Of a stretch of 64,000 nt of DNA, positions 50,219-61,749 are shown one piece after another (the stretch's first letter is position 1; the number at the start of each line of letters is the position of its first letter). The DNA is taken from positions 4,029 through 68,028 of the forward strand of contig CAZCFB010000013.1 in NCBI GenBank assembly GCA_964497805.1, read 5' to 3'. The translations under genes and the position numbers were made by a program. This stretch comes from an uncultured Kofleriaceae bacterium. GTDB lineage: Bacteria; Myxococcota_A; Polyangia; GCA-2747355; CAZCFB01. Under the pieces are notes generated by a model, which saw only the letters and a list, made by a program, of their open reading frames with translations, made no database searches and was not told where the DNA came from.

Positions 50219-51087
50219 CTGTCGTCTCCCTTGGCCAGGTAACGCACGCCCTCGTCGAAGTCGATGAGCGGCATGTCAAAGGTTTCGATGAACTTGGCCG
50301 GATCGGCCACGCGGTCCTCGCCGATGGTGTTCATCTGGTCCGCGTCAGCGCTCTTGGTCAGGGTGAAGAGCAGCTTGAACATTGCCGGCGGCAGGGGCAC
50401 GGGCACGTAGGTCTCCACGCCCACCTCCCGGGCCAGCAGGTCCATCATCTCCATCCAGGTGTACGCCGTGGGAGACCCCATCTCGAAGATGTCGTTGGGG
50501 TATATCTCCTCGGTGATCATCTTGTGCACGGCGGTGGCGATGTCCCAGATGTAGCAGGGCGTGCGCTTGTACTTGCCGTTGCCCACAACCGGCACCATGT
50601 GCTTGCGCAGGGCGTTCATGAAGGTGTCGTACTTGGGCTCGCCGAAGGCGTACATGGTGTCGGGGCGCAGGATGACGTACTTCATGCCCGACTTGCGCAG
50701 CTCGTGCTCGCTGTCCAGCTTGGCGTACTTGTAGAAGTTGTTGCACCGCATGGAGGCGTAGAAGGAGCTGAAGAAGATGAACCGCTCCACGCCCCGCTCG
50801 CCCGAGTAGTCCAACAGGTTCTTCATGGACACCTCGTTGGCGTGCAGCAGGTACGGCGTGGCCTGGTCCGCGGCGGTGTGGATCACCACGTCGGGCTTGT
50901 AGTCCTTGATCGGGTCGTAGGTGTTCCAGTCGGTCAGGTCCACCACATGGGACTCGAGCTTGGGGTGGAAAACCTTGGGCGGGACGAAGTCCACGCCGAT
51001 GACCTTGTCCACGTTCTTCTGTAGGGCCAGGTAGAGCGCAACCCGGCAGCCGGAGAAGCCGCTGGATCCCGTGAGCAGTACTTGCAC
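50206..51087 (-). CDS. NAD(P)-dependent epimerase/dehydratase-family SDR
   Basis: TGSSGFSG Rossmann motif and catalytic YKYAK. Confidence 0.7.
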   Translation of the reverse strand: MQVLLTGSSGFSGCRVALYLALQKNVDKVIGVDFVPPKVFHPKLESHVVDLTDWNTYDPIKDYKPDVVIHTAADQATPYLLHANEVSMKNLLDYSGERGVERFIFFSSFYASMRCNNFYKYAKLDSEHELRKSGMKYVILRPDTMYAFGEPKYDTFMNALRKHMVPVVGNGKYKRTPCYIWDIATAVHKMITEEIYPNDIFEMGSPTAYTWMEMMDLLAREVGVETYVPVPLPPAMFKLLFTLTKSADADQMNTIGEDRVADPAKFIETFDMPLIDFDEGVRYLAKGDDRWPL

Positions 51088-51190
51088 TTGAGCCTCCTTA
51101 TTGGGGGTCGTGTCCGAGTGGGGCTTATATACGGGCTACGCCGCGGTGTGTCAACGTACTGTCGCTGCTACTGCAGCGTCCGGAGTGGGG

Positions 51191-52528
51191 CTACAGAGGA
51201 GTGTCCCGCTGGTACACCTCCAGCGATTTCACAGGCGCGCCGGCGCTGTCCAGGCCACCGGAGATCAGGACGCTGTTCTTGCCCAGGCGGTCCACGCGCG
51301 GGACAGCGCGCTGCACGGCGATGTCCGAGCTGCTCACCGCCTTGAGGGTGATGGCGTCCAGCAACTCGACCTTGCTGGCCAGGGCGGCGTCCCCCTCCCC
51401 TCCCAGCACAACCAGGCGGGCGCCCACTACGATCGCCTGGTGCCCCTTGCGGCCGGCGGCCAGGGCGTCCTTGTAGTGCGTGACCTTCAGGGTCCTGGGA
51501 TCCACTCGCCAGATATCCCGTATGGCCTTACCGGCCGAGTCCGCGCCCCCCACCAGGAGGAAAGTGCCGTCGCTCATGGCGCACGCCGCGGCGCCGGAGT
51601 CGGGCACCGTGCCCGCGAGGGTCACGGCCTGGGCCGAGAGGGAAGACCGGGTGAACACCTCCACCTTGCCCGCGCCAGCGACGAAGGCGTGCCCACCCAC
51701 ACCGGCGGCCACCGGCGCTTTGCGGGCGGCGGCGGATCGGGCGGAGAGCTTGCGCAGGCCCGGCACCGAGGTGGAGGTGCCTGGATCCAGCTGGAGCAGG
51801 GTGTCCAGCGCCACGCCCTTGGCGTCCACACCGCCGGCGATGAGATAGGTCCCGTCCCCCAGCGGGGCGGAGGCAGCTCCCTTGCGGCGGGCCAGATCGT
51901 CCAGCTTGTCAGCGAAAGATGTCCAGGAGGAGCCATCGTAAGAGAGGATCTTGCTGGCCATGGCCGAACCGTCGTGGCCCAGGGCAATGGTGACGCAGCG
52001 GCCGCCACAGGGGGCCATCACAGCGCCAACCCGGGACTCTGGCAGGGCCGGAAGGTCCTTCATGGAATGGGTGAAGAAGTCATACAAAGCAGCTTGTTTA
52101 TTCAAAGCAAAGAACACACCAAATCCGACCAATGACTGCGTCTGCACGCCTGCGCCGGACAGCTTCACTTCTGGCTTCAGCTTGCTGGCCCTTCCGGCCA
52201 GGGCCACGAGCAGTGAGACCTGTCCCTCCTCGGGCACCAGCAACATGGGCGGGGTCTCGCCGCGGGCGGTGATCTTGCCAGCGGTGGCGCCCTCCAGGGT
52301 GATCACCCCGGCGGCGCTCTCCACCTCCACCTCCACCTCGATGTCGATCCTTTTGGGATCTGTCACGGTGAAGTTGCGGTCCACGGCAGGATCGGTGACA
52401 TGGAGGCGCACCGTGTCCACACCGGCCAGCGGATCCGGCCCGGGGGGGACAACGATCTTCAGATCGAGCACGGGCGGGTCCGAACATGCGGCAAGGAGGA
52501 TGAGCAGGAGGGGGAGGCCCCGGTACAT
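51191..52528 (-). CDS. Kelch-type beta-propeller lipoprotein
   Basis: Start MYRGLPLLLILLAACSD (lipobox). This ATG overlaps the rSAM gene stop (ATGA at 52526-52530). It contains repeated xxGG beta-propeller blade motifs (LIAGGVDAKG, LLVGGADSAG, VVLGGEGDAA, LISGGLDSAG). Confidence 0.6.
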   Translation of the reverse strand: MYRGLPLLLILLAACSDPPVLDLKIVVPPGPDPLAGVDTVRLHVTDPAVDRNFTVTDPKRIDIEVEVEVESAAGVITLEGATAGKITARGETPPMLLVPEEGQVSLLVALAGRASKLKPEVKLSGAGVQTQSLVGFGVFFALNKQAALYDFFTHSMKDLPALPESRVGAVMAPCGGRCVTIALGHDGSAMASKILSYDGSSWTSFADKLDDLARRKGAASAPLGDGTYLIAGGVDAKGVALDTLLQLDPGTSTSVPGLRKLSARSAAARKAPVAAGVGGHAFVAGAGKVEVFTRSSLSAQAVTLAGTVPDSGAAACAMSDGTFLLVGGADSAGKAIRDIWRVDPRTLKVTHYKDALAAGRKGHQAIVVGARLVVLGGEGDAALASKVELLDAITLKAVSSSDIAVQRAVPRVDRLGKNSVLISGGLDSAGAPVKSLEVYQRDTPL

Positions 52529-53610
52529 CAGATGCCCTGGCGGTCCAGCCAGCAGAAATCCCCCGGCTGCACCAGGCGCTCGTGCAGGCCGCCGCCCAGG
52601 CAGAGGGAGAAAAAGGAGCACCCCTTGCAGTGCCCCTCCTTGCGCCACTTCAGGTCACGGAAGGCCTTGAACTCCCGGTGCCAGATCTCGGAGAAGCGGC
52701 GCTCCAGGGCCGAGCCCTGGGCCCACTCCCGGGGCATGGAGGGGCAAGCGCTCACCTGGCCATCGCACAGGATGGAGGCCACGCAGAGCCCCGCGTAGCA
52801 CTGGCCCATCTCCGGGCGAACCGACAGCTCCCGGTCCACGCCGAGGAAGCCGCCGCAGGAGAAGCGGACGCCAGTGTCACCCTCCTTCTCCTGTTTGCGT
52901 TTGTCCTCGACGTACTGGAACAGGCGGTTGATGTGGTGCGGCTCCATCCAAAGCTCGGGATCCGGCGGACCGGAGACCCGGCCCATGCGGTCGATGGTGA
53001 TAACCCGGTAGTGGGTGGCCCCGGCGGCCCGCACAGCCTGCTCCACCTCCTCCAGGCTCTCCAGGTTGGCCGGGCGCACGCAGGTGATGGCCTCCACCAC
53101 GTTCATGCCCACCTCGCTGCAGTGGCCGATGGCGGCCAGGGCCTTGTCGTAGGTCCCCTTGCCCCGCATGGCCTCGTGCTCCTCCCTGAGCCCGTCCACG
53201 CTGATGGTGATGGTGTTCATGCCGGCCTCGGCCAGCAGGGAGGCCTGTTTGCGCCCCAGGAGCACGCCGTTGGTGACGATGCAGGCCTGCATGCCCAGGC
53301 GGTGCATGCGGTCCACCACCTGGAACAGGTCCTTTCGCATGAGCGGCTCGCCGCCGGTGATTGAGACGAAGATGCGGCACGGGTCGAAGTCCTCGGCGAT
53401 GGTGTCGAGGATGGCGAAGATCTGGTCGGTGCTCAGCTCCTCGTGCGGGGAGCGCGCCTCGCAGCTTGAGCCGCAGTGCACGCATTGGAGGTTGCACTTG
53501 AGGGTGCACTCCCAGAAGAGGTAGGTCAGTTCAGGCCTGGCGAAGAGCTTCTTGCGGCGCTCCATCTCGCGCCGGATGGCGACCAGCTTGGGAAAGTCTT
53601 TGGGTTTCAT
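52528..53610 (-). CDS. radical SAM enzyme with a C-terminal SPASM/twitch-like Cys-rich extension (anSME / peptide-maturase-like)
   Basis: CNLQCVHC (Cx3Cx2C), the GGEPLM SAM-binding motif, and C-terminal CYAGLCVASILCDGQVSAC...CKGCSFFSLC. Confidence 0.8.
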   Translation of the reverse strand: MKPKDFPKLVAIRREMERRKKLFARPELTYLFWECTLKCNLQCVHCGSSCEARSPHEELSTDQIFAILDTIAEDFDPCRIFVSITGGEPLMRKDLFQVVDRMHRLGMQACIVTNGVLLGRKQASLLAEAGMNTITISVDGLREEHEAMRGKGTYDKALAAIGHCSEVGMNVVEAITCVRPANLESLEEVEQAVRAAGATHYRVITIDRMGRVSGPPDPELWMEPHHINRLFQYVEDKRKQEKEGDTGVRFSCGGFLGVDRELSVRPEMGQCYAGLCVASILCDGQVSACPSMPREWAQGSALERRFSEIWHREFKAFRDLKWRKEGHCKGCSFFSLCLGGGLHERLVQPGDFCWLDRQGI

Positions 53611-53628
53611 TCAGCAGGAGGGCGCGGC

Positions 53629-54111
53629 TCAGGAGGGCTGGCCGCCATACTTGGGCGTGCCGCCGTACATCGGTTTTGGTCCGCCACTGTCTGCCTTGCC
53701 GCCGTACTTCACCGAGGGACCGCTGTCCACCTTGCCGCCGTACTTCACCACGGCGCCGTCCAGCTTGACGCCGCCGTACTTCACCGTGGGGCCGGTGTCC
53801 GGCTTGACCGTCATGTCCGGCTTGCCGCCGTACTTGGTCATGGCCATGTCAGGCTTGCCGCCGTACTTCACCACACCCTGATCGGGCTTGGGCACGGAGC
53901 CGTCCTGCTTCTGCCCGCCGTACTTCACCACGGGGCCGGTGTCCTTGGGGGGCACGCCGCCGTACTTGGGCGTATTGTCCCCATCGTCATCAGCGCAGCC
54001 GGAGATGAGGGATGTGATGCTCACGGTGCCGCCGAGCACCAGGAAGGCGCCGGCAGCAGATGACATCAGGTCCACCACGAAGGAACGACGATCTTTCTTT
54101 TTGCCAGTCAT
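53629..54111 (-). CDS. Tat-signal lipoprotein consisting of nine (V/T/P)KYGG repeats
   Basis: MTGKKKDRRSFVVDL twin-arginine motif, hydrophobic core, lipobox LISGC. The mature part has eight KYGG and one MYGG spaced 6-17 residues apart. In the DNA the repeat unit is AAGTACGGCGGC. Confidence 0.6.
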   Translation of the reverse strand: MTGKKKDRRSFVVDLMSSAAGAFLVLGGTVSITSLISGCADDDGDNTPKYGGVPPKDTGPVVKYGGQKQDGSVPKPDQGVVKYGGKPDMAMTKYGGKPDMTVKPDTGPTVKYGGVKLDGAVVKYGGKVDSGPSVKYGGKADSGGPKPMYGGTPKYGGQPS

Positions 54112-54196
54112 CTCTAAGTACCCCTGTTTGCCAAGGACTTACATTCTATGCCCGTGCGGTCCATGTGGTCAACGAGGCGGGCCACCACTCTATTCC

Positions 54197-56545
54197 CTAC
54201 AGGTACCCGAACCGGCGCCTGAGCACCCAGTCCAGCCCCAGGAGCAGCACGGCCAGGGCCAAGGACCACCACCGGCTCCAGAGGGCCAGGTCCTTGCGCC
54301 AGTTGGCCTGCAGCACCCGGGGCTGCAGCAGCTTCAGGTCCGCGGGCAGGCTGGCGGCCTTTTCCAGGTAGCGCCCCCCCGTGACCCGGGCCAGGGCGCG
54401 CAGCAGGGCCGGCCGGGTTCCAGGCTCCCGTAGCTCTGGCCCGGCGGGCTCCACCAGCACCACCTCCTCCAGGGCCGTGGTCTGCCTCCCGCCCAGGGTG
54501 GCCGTGGCGCGCAGCCGGTAGGCGCCCGTGGTCCGCGGGGTGAAGCTCAGGGCCAGCTCCCCCTTGCGGTCGGTCTTCCCCTTCCCCGCCTTTCCCTTTG
54601 GCGCCGGCTTCCCCATGGCGAGCGCGGGCGGGATGATCTCGTGGGACACCTCCAGCCCGGCGGCCGCGCTGTAGTCCGGGTTGTGCGCCCGGACCACCGC
54701 CCTCACCTGCGAGCCCAGACGCACCCGATCCTGCTGGGCGATGATGCGCAGGTACTTGAGCTCCGGGTCACGGATGAGCCAGCGGATGGCGTTGCGCCAG
54801 AAGCGATCGTAGGCCTGGCGCCCGCTCCCCTGCCCGGCAGAGAGGAAGGCCCAGTGCCAGGATGTGTCGGTGGTCAGGGCCAGGGTGCGCCCCTTGCCAG
54901 CTTCAGCGGCCGCCAGCACGGGCATGGCCCCGCCGCCGCGAAGGCGCAGCTTCGGGTGAGTCATCAGGGATGTGGCCCCGGGGCTCAGGCTCGCCACGAG
55001 GTTCACCCCCTCCAGCGCGGGCAGCCCGGCGATGATCCGGGCGGTGTGTTCGCTGGAGTTGCCGAGCTGCAGGATCGGGTGGTCACGCCCCTGCCTGGTC
55101 ACCCTCGGTTTGAACCGCTCCACCGAGGTGAGGCGCCCCGGGTTGGCGCGCTCCGGCAGCAGCCGCACGGGCAGCACGGGCTCCAGCACCGTGCCAGCGT
55201 ACCCGCCAGAGCTGAAGCTCAAGTCACCGCCTAGCATGGCCAGGCCGCCCCCCTGAACCACGTAGCGGCGGATATGGTCCAGGTAGCCGCCGATGCCGTA
55301 CGGCCCGTAGTTGAAGTTCTGCAGCAGCACCAGGTCGAAGGAGCCCAGCTCCTCGGAGAAGAGCTCGTCAGTGGGGAACGGGATCAGGGAGAGCTCGTTC
55401 TGGTTCACGGCGGTCAGGTCGGACGGGGTGCGCAGAATAAAGAAGGAGATCAGGTCCACGTTGGGGTTCCGCTTGAGCAGCCGCCGCAGGAACCGCTGGT
55501 CCCAGGAGGGGCGGCCGACCAGCTGCAACACCCGCACCCGATCGCGGATCACCTTGAGCACAAAAGAGCGCCGGTTGTTGTGCCGGAGCGCCTCCCCCGG
55601 CAGCCGGGGGAGTGAGACCTCGTACACCCTCTTGCCCACCTTCTGGGGCACAAACTCCAGCCGCACCCGGTAGCGCGTCTTGCCCTTTGTTACGTGCACA
55701 CGCTGGCGGGCCACCACCGTACCGCTGCCGCCGCCGCTTCCGCCCTCGGTGAGGGTCACCTCCAGGCGGCCCGGCTTGACTCCCAGGGCCAGCACGTCCG
55801 CCTCCACCCGCACCGCGTTGCGCACGAAGGCGAAGTGGTCAACGTACAGCTCGGTGATTGCCAGGTCGCGCACGGGATCCGCGCCGGCCAGCACGGTGTG
55901 CACGGGCACGGCCAGTTCCTCCAAAAAAGCCAGGGCGGCCTGGGGCAGCTTGGCCCCCGCGCCCAGCAGGCTGCCGTTGTCTGCGCCGTCGCTGATGATC
56001 ACGACCCCTGCCAGGTCAAGGCGGGGGGTGCGGCGCTGCAGATCCGTGAGCGCCTCCAGGATACGGGTGGCGCTGTCTGCAGCTGGCAGACCTTCCTCCC
56101 AGGCGCCGAGACCCTGCCCAAAGCTGTACAGGTCGACCAGGTGCTGCTTGCGCCACTGCCGGAGCTGGGGCTCCGACTTTTTGAGCAGGGCGGCTGCCCT
56201 GGTGAGGCGGGTGGGGCTGCCCGGGCGGGCTCGGATCCCCATGGAGGCCGAGGTGTCCACCAACACGGCCAGGTGGTTGGGGAGCCTGGTGACGCTGCGC
56301 AGCTGCACGGCGGGCTGGAGGATTATGGCCAACACCGCCGCCACGGCCAGGATCCGGGTGGCGAGCAGGGTGAACAGCACCCGCCGGCGGCGCTCCCGGC
56401 GGTAGCCCCAGACGGTGAGCAACACCGTGAGCATGGCAGCCGCCACGGCGAGCGCGATGCCGGGGGTATCCCAGCTCGTGAGGAGGACCAGGCGCCAGTC
56501 TTCCAGGGTGGTGGGCGGGGTGGGCTGCACCTGGGTAATGTACAT
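54197..56545 (-). CDS. VWA-domain membrane protein with an N-terminal double-TM anchor (BatA-like architecture)
   Basis: Two N-terminal TM helices, a MIDAS-like LAVLVDTSASMG motif, a large C-terminal domain, and a terminal TM helix. Confidence 0.55.
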   Translation of the reverse strand: MYITQVQPTPPTTLEDWRLVLLTSWDTPGIALAVAAAMLTVLLTVWGYRRERRRRVLFTLLATRILAVAAVLAIILQPAVQLRSVTRLPNHLAVLVDTSASMGIRARPGSPTRLTRAAALLKKSEPQLRQWRKQHLVDLYSFGQGLGAWEEGLPAADSATRILEALTDLQRRTPRLDLAGVVIISDGADNGSLLGAGAKLPQAALAFLEELAVPVHTVLAGADPVRDLAITELYVDHFAFVRNAVRVEADVLALGVKPGRLEVTLTEGGSGGGSGTVVARQRVHVTKGKTRYRVRLEFVPQKVGKRVYEVSLPRLPGEALRHNNRRSFVLKVIRDRVRVLQLVGRPSWDQRFLRRLLKRNPNVDLISFFILRTPSDLTAVNQNELSLIPFPTDELFSEELGSFDLVLLQNFNYGPYGIGGYLDHIRRYVVQGGGLAMLGGDLSFSSGGYAGTVLEPVLPVRLLPERANPGRLTSVERFKPRVTRQGRDHPILQLGNSSEHTARIIAGLPALEGVNLVASLSPGATSLMTHPKLRLRGGGAMPVLAAAEAGKGRTLALTTDTSWHWAFLSAGQGSGRQAYDRFWRNAIRWLIRDPELKYLRIIAQQDRVRLGSQVRAVVRAHNPDYSAAAGLEVSHEIIPPALAMGKPAPKGKAGKGKTDRKGELALSFTPRTTGAYRLRATATLGGRQTTALEEVVLVEPAGPELREPGTRPALLRALARVTGGRYLEKAASLPADLKLLQPRVLQANWRKDLALWSRWWSLALAVLLLGLDWVLRRRFGYL

Positions 56546-56616
56546 TCACAACTCTGCCTTGTCCCCGCTACCTGTATGTGGCATCAACTTAATTCCCACC
56601 ATATAGGGGTATTTAA

Positions 56617-57276
56617 ATGTCTACCCAGGTAATGACCCTCTACGGCACCTCCATCGGCAAGAAAGTGGTGATGGCCGTGACGGGGATCGTGTTCTTCGGC
56701 TTCGTGGTGATTCACATGATCGGCAACCTGCAGATCTTCGCCGGGGCCGAGCAGCTCGACGGCTACGCCGCCTTCCTCCACTCCAAGCCGGCCGTGGTCT
56801 GGGCCCTACGCCTGATCCTGCTCGGCGCGGTGGGCCTCCATGTGCTGGCCGCCACCCAGCTCACCCTGCAGAGCTGGCGGGCCAGGCCGCGGAAGTACGT
56901 CAAGCAGCGTTACCAGGAGTCTGACTACGCGGCGCGCACCATGCGCTGGAGCGGCCCGCTGCTCGGCCTGTTCATCGTGTACCACCTGCTCCACCTGACC
57001 ACTGGCCAGGCGCACACAACCTTCGTGGCGGGCAACGTGTACGCCAACGTGGTGGCCGGCTTCTCGTCCCCCGCCATCGCCGGCGTCTACATCGTGGGCA
57101 TGGTGCTGCTCGGGCTGCACATGTACCACGGGCTGTGGAGCCTGTTTCAGACCCTCGGCGCCAACCACCCCAGGTACAACCACCTGCGCCGGGCCTTCGC
57201 CGCCACGGCGACCCTGATCGTGGTTTGCGGCAACATCTCCATGCCGGTGGCTGTGCTCGCCGGAATCATCAAATAG
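56617..57276 (+). CDS. sdhC: succinate dehydrogenase cytochrome b subunit (b558 family)
   Basis: Five-TM, His-containing profile. It lies directly upstream of the flavoprotein and Fe-S subunit genes. Confidence 0.75.
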   Translation: MSTQVMTLYGTSIGKKVVMAVTGIVFFGFVVIHMIGNLQIFAGAEQLDGYAAFLHSKPAVVWALRLILLGAVGLHVLAATQLTLQSWRARPRKYVKQRYQESDYAARTMRWSGPLLGLFIVYHLLHLTTGQAHTTFVAGNVYANVVAGFSSPAIAGVYIVGMVLLGLHMYHGLWSLFQTLGANHPRYNHLRRAFAATATLIVVCGNISMPVAVLAGIIK

Positions 57277-57286
57277 GGAGCGCGAG

Positions 57287-59203
<1,917 letters not shown>

Positions 59204-59211
59204 GGGACGCC

Positions 59212-59961
59212 ATGAACTTGACCCTACATGTATGGCGCCAGGCCGGCCCCGATGATGCCGGGCGCATGGAAACAATCCAGGCCAAAGGCATCAGCGAGGA
59301 GGCGTCCTTCCTTGAGATGCTGGACGTGGTCAACGAGGAGCTCACCCTGGCCGGGAAGGAACCCATCGCCTTTGATCACGACTGCCGCGAGGGGATCTGC
59401 GGCACCTGCGGCGCTGTGGTAGATGGCTACGCCCACAGCAAGCAGCGCGGCACCACCCTGTGCCAGCTCCACATGCGCTCCTTCTCCGACGGGGACGCGG
59501 TGTACATCGAGCCGTGGCGCTGCCGGGCCTTCCCCGTGCACAAGGACCTGGTGGTGGACCGGGGGGCCCTCGACCGGATCATGGCCGCGGGCGGCTTCGT
59601 CTCGGTGAACACCGGCGGCTCGCCGGACGCCAACGCCACGCCCATCGGCAAGGATGTGGCGGACAAGGCCTTCGACGCGGCGGCATGCATCGGCTGCGGC
59701 GCCTGCGTGGCCGCCTGCCCCAACGGCTCGGCCATGCTCTTCCTCTCCGCCAAGATCACCCAGCTCGGCCTGCTGCCCCAGGGCCAGCCCGAGCGGTGGG
59801 ATCGGGTGCGCAAGATGGTGTCCCAGATGGAGCAGGAGGGCTTCGGCGCCTGCACCAACCACGGGGAGTGCGAGGCAGCGTGCCCCAAGGAGGTCAGCAT
59901 GAGCTTCATCGCCCGCCTCAACCGAGACCTGATCTGGGCCAGCCTCAAATCCGAGAAGTGA
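59212..59961 (+). CDS. sdhB: succinate dehydrogenase iron-sulfur subunit
   Basis: 2Fe-2S motif [10 protein letters not shown] and cluster motifs [12 protein letters not shown] / [12 protein letters not shown]. Start at MNLTLHVW inside the longer track ORF. Confidence 0.85.
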   Translation: MNLTLHVWRQAGPDDAGRMETIQAKGISEEASFLEMLDVVNEELTLAGKEPIAFDHDCREGICGTCGAVVDGYAHSKQRGTTLCQLHMRSFSDGDAVYIEPWRCRAFPVHKDLVVDRGALDRIMAAGGFVSVNTGGSPDANATPIGKDVADKAFDAAACIGCGACVAACPNGSAMLFLSAKITQLGLLPQGQPERWDRVRKMVSQMEQEGFGACTNHGECEAACPKEVSMSFIARLNRDLIWASLKSEK

Positions 59962-60476
59962 TCGCGCGCCCGCCAGGCCTCCTGCTGATCACCATCCTGC
60001 TATCAGCGTGTTCGCCGTCGCCGGCGAGGACCGGCATGGCAAGCGGCGCCCCCCCTTCCCCGCCGCCCGCCCGGGTATGGCTGGAGTTGACCCCGGGGCC
60101 GGAGGACGAGGTGCCCCGCGCCGAGGTGGCCGTCCTGATCAAGCAGGGGGCGAAGGTCCAGCGGCACGCCGTGGATGAGCTGCCCGGCTGGCCAGAGGCA
60201 TGCGAGCGGCGCGCGCCCCGGGCTGGCCAGGCGTTCCTGCTCGCCTCCACATCCATGGCCGGGGACCTGTGGGAGGTGGAGGCGCGGCTGGCCGCCGATG
60301 GCTCGCGGCTCCTGCTGGTTGAGCGCTCCTTCAGCGAGGCCCGGGGCCAGCATCTGGTGGAGGAGCTGGCCGAGGTGCCCCTGCCTGCCGGGGCGCAGGC
60401 GCGGCTCGTGCCGTGTCCCCCTGCTGTCCATGAAGATCGCGCGGGCGTCACGACTCCCGCGCCACCCCATCGTTGA
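59958..60476 (+). CDS. candidate small lipoprotein
   Basis: GTG at 59958 overlaps the sdhB stop. Product (V)[17 protein letters not shown] (lipobox). Its 3' end overlaps dinB convergently by 29 nt. Confidence 0.3.
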   Translation: MIARPPGLLLITILLSACSPSPARTGMASGAPPSPPPARVWLELTPGPEDEVPRAEVAVLIKQGAKVQRHAVDELPGWPEACERRAPRAGQAFLLASTSMAGDLWEVEARLAADGSRLLLVERSFSEARGQHLVEELAEVPLPAGAQARLVPCPPAVHEDRAGVTTPAPPHR

Positions 60477-61698
60477 GGCCCCTGCCCCCGGCCAGCCCCA
60501 CTGACTTGTAGCCGTACTTCTCCCGCACGGCGTCCAGGGAGCGGCACAGCTTCTCCTCGGAGTGGTCCTCAAACAGGCCGAGCTGAGCCGGCGGCTCGCT
60601 GAGGTTGGACAGGGCGATGCCCAGCAGCCTCACCGGGGTGGAGCGCTTGCGGGCCTGGCGGTAGATGCCCCGGATGATGCGGTACACCTCCCGCTCCGAG
60701 TTGGTGGGGCGCCCGATGCTCTTGCCCCGGGTGAGGGTTTCGAAGTCGGCGTAGCGCAGCTTGAGGGTGATGGTGCGGGCAAGCACCCCGCGCTTTCGGG
60801 CGCGCCAGCACACCCGCTCGCTCAGGGAGCAGAGCATGCGCTGGATGCTGGTGGGGTCGCCCATGTCCTCGCGGAAGGTGCGCTCGTTGGAGATGGATCC
60901 CACGGTGCCGCCCTCTGGATCGTACTCGCGGAAGGCGGGCCGGTCCTCGCCCAGGCTTGTGGCGCCGGCGCCGCGCACGCCGCGGCCAACATAGTCGGCC
61001 CAGGCGCCGAACAGCTGGCGAAGCTCTCCGTCGGGGAGGTCGGCCAGCTGCCCCAGGGTAAACACGCCGTGGGCCTCGAGCTTCTCCTTGGCCACCGGCC
61101 CGATCCCCGGGAACTTCTTCACCGGCAATGGGGCCAGGAACTCCGGCTCGGCGCCGCCCGGGACCATGATCACGCCCCTCGGCTTGGCCAGCCCCGACGC
61201 GATCTTGGCAACTGGCCGGGCCGCCGCGATACCCGCGCTGGCGGGCAGGCCCACCTCCCGCTTGATGCAGCGGATCATGTGCCACACCGTGCGGTGGATC
61301 GTGTCGTCCGGGCACCGGTCCTGGGGCTGGGCGTACATGCGCTCGCACCCGGCGAAGTCGATGAAGAACTCGTCGATGCTCGCGGCCTGGACCGACGGGG
61401 AGAAGTCATCGATCACTGCCCGCACCCGGCGCGAGTAGGTGGAGTAGTTGGACCCTCGGCCCGAGAGGAAGATGGCGTCGGGGGCCAGGCGCCCGGCCTC
61501 GGACAGGGCCATGCCTGAGTGAACACCCAGCTCGCGCACCTCGTAGCTGCACGCGGTGACCACGCCGCGCTTCCCGGGCTGACCGCCCACGATGACCTGC
61601 TTGCCCTCCAGGCTGGGGTCGAGCAGCCGCTCCACGGACACAAAGAAGGTGTCCAGGTCTAGGCAGCACAGGCGGGGTGGTGGCGGATTTGGCGACAT
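60448..61698 (-). CDS. dinB: DNA polymerase IV (Y-family)
   Basis: CLDLDTFFVSVE N-terminal motif, Y-family palm/fingers and little-finger domain. Confidence 0.85.
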   Translation of the reverse strand: MSPNPPPPRLCCLDLDTFFVSVERLLDPSLEGKQVIVGGQPGKRGVVTACSYEVRELGVHSGMALSEAGRLAPDAIFLSGRGSNYSTYSRRVRAVIDDFSPSVQAASIDEFFIDFAGCERMYAQPQDRCPDDTIHRTVWHMIRCIKREVGLPASAGIAAARPVAKIASGLAKPRGVIMVPGGAEPEFLAPLPVKKFPGIGPVAKEKLEAHGVFTLGQLADLPDGELRQLFGAWADYVGRGVRGAGATSLGEDRPAFREYDPEGGTVGSISNERTFREDMGDPTSIQRMLCSLSERVCWRARKRGVLARTITLKLRYADFETLTRGKSIGRPTNSEREVYRIIRGIYRQARKRSTPVRLLGIALSNLSEPPAQLGLFEDHSEEKLCRSLDAVREKYGYKSVGLAGGRGLNDGVARES

Positions 61699-61749
61699 AC
61701 TGTCCGTCTGTTCAGTGTACTGAAAGCCAGAATGATGAACAATGGTGCA

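Noticed and set aside
53640-54000. Regularly recurring 12-nt unit GCCGCCGTACTT (plus strand), about nine copies with variable spacers. Superficially it looks CRISPR-like or satellite-like.
   Set aside because: The spacers vary from 18 to 51 nt. The unit is the in-frame codon block for KYGG on the minus strand inside a clear ORF with a signal peptide. No cas genes are present, and no leader is evident.
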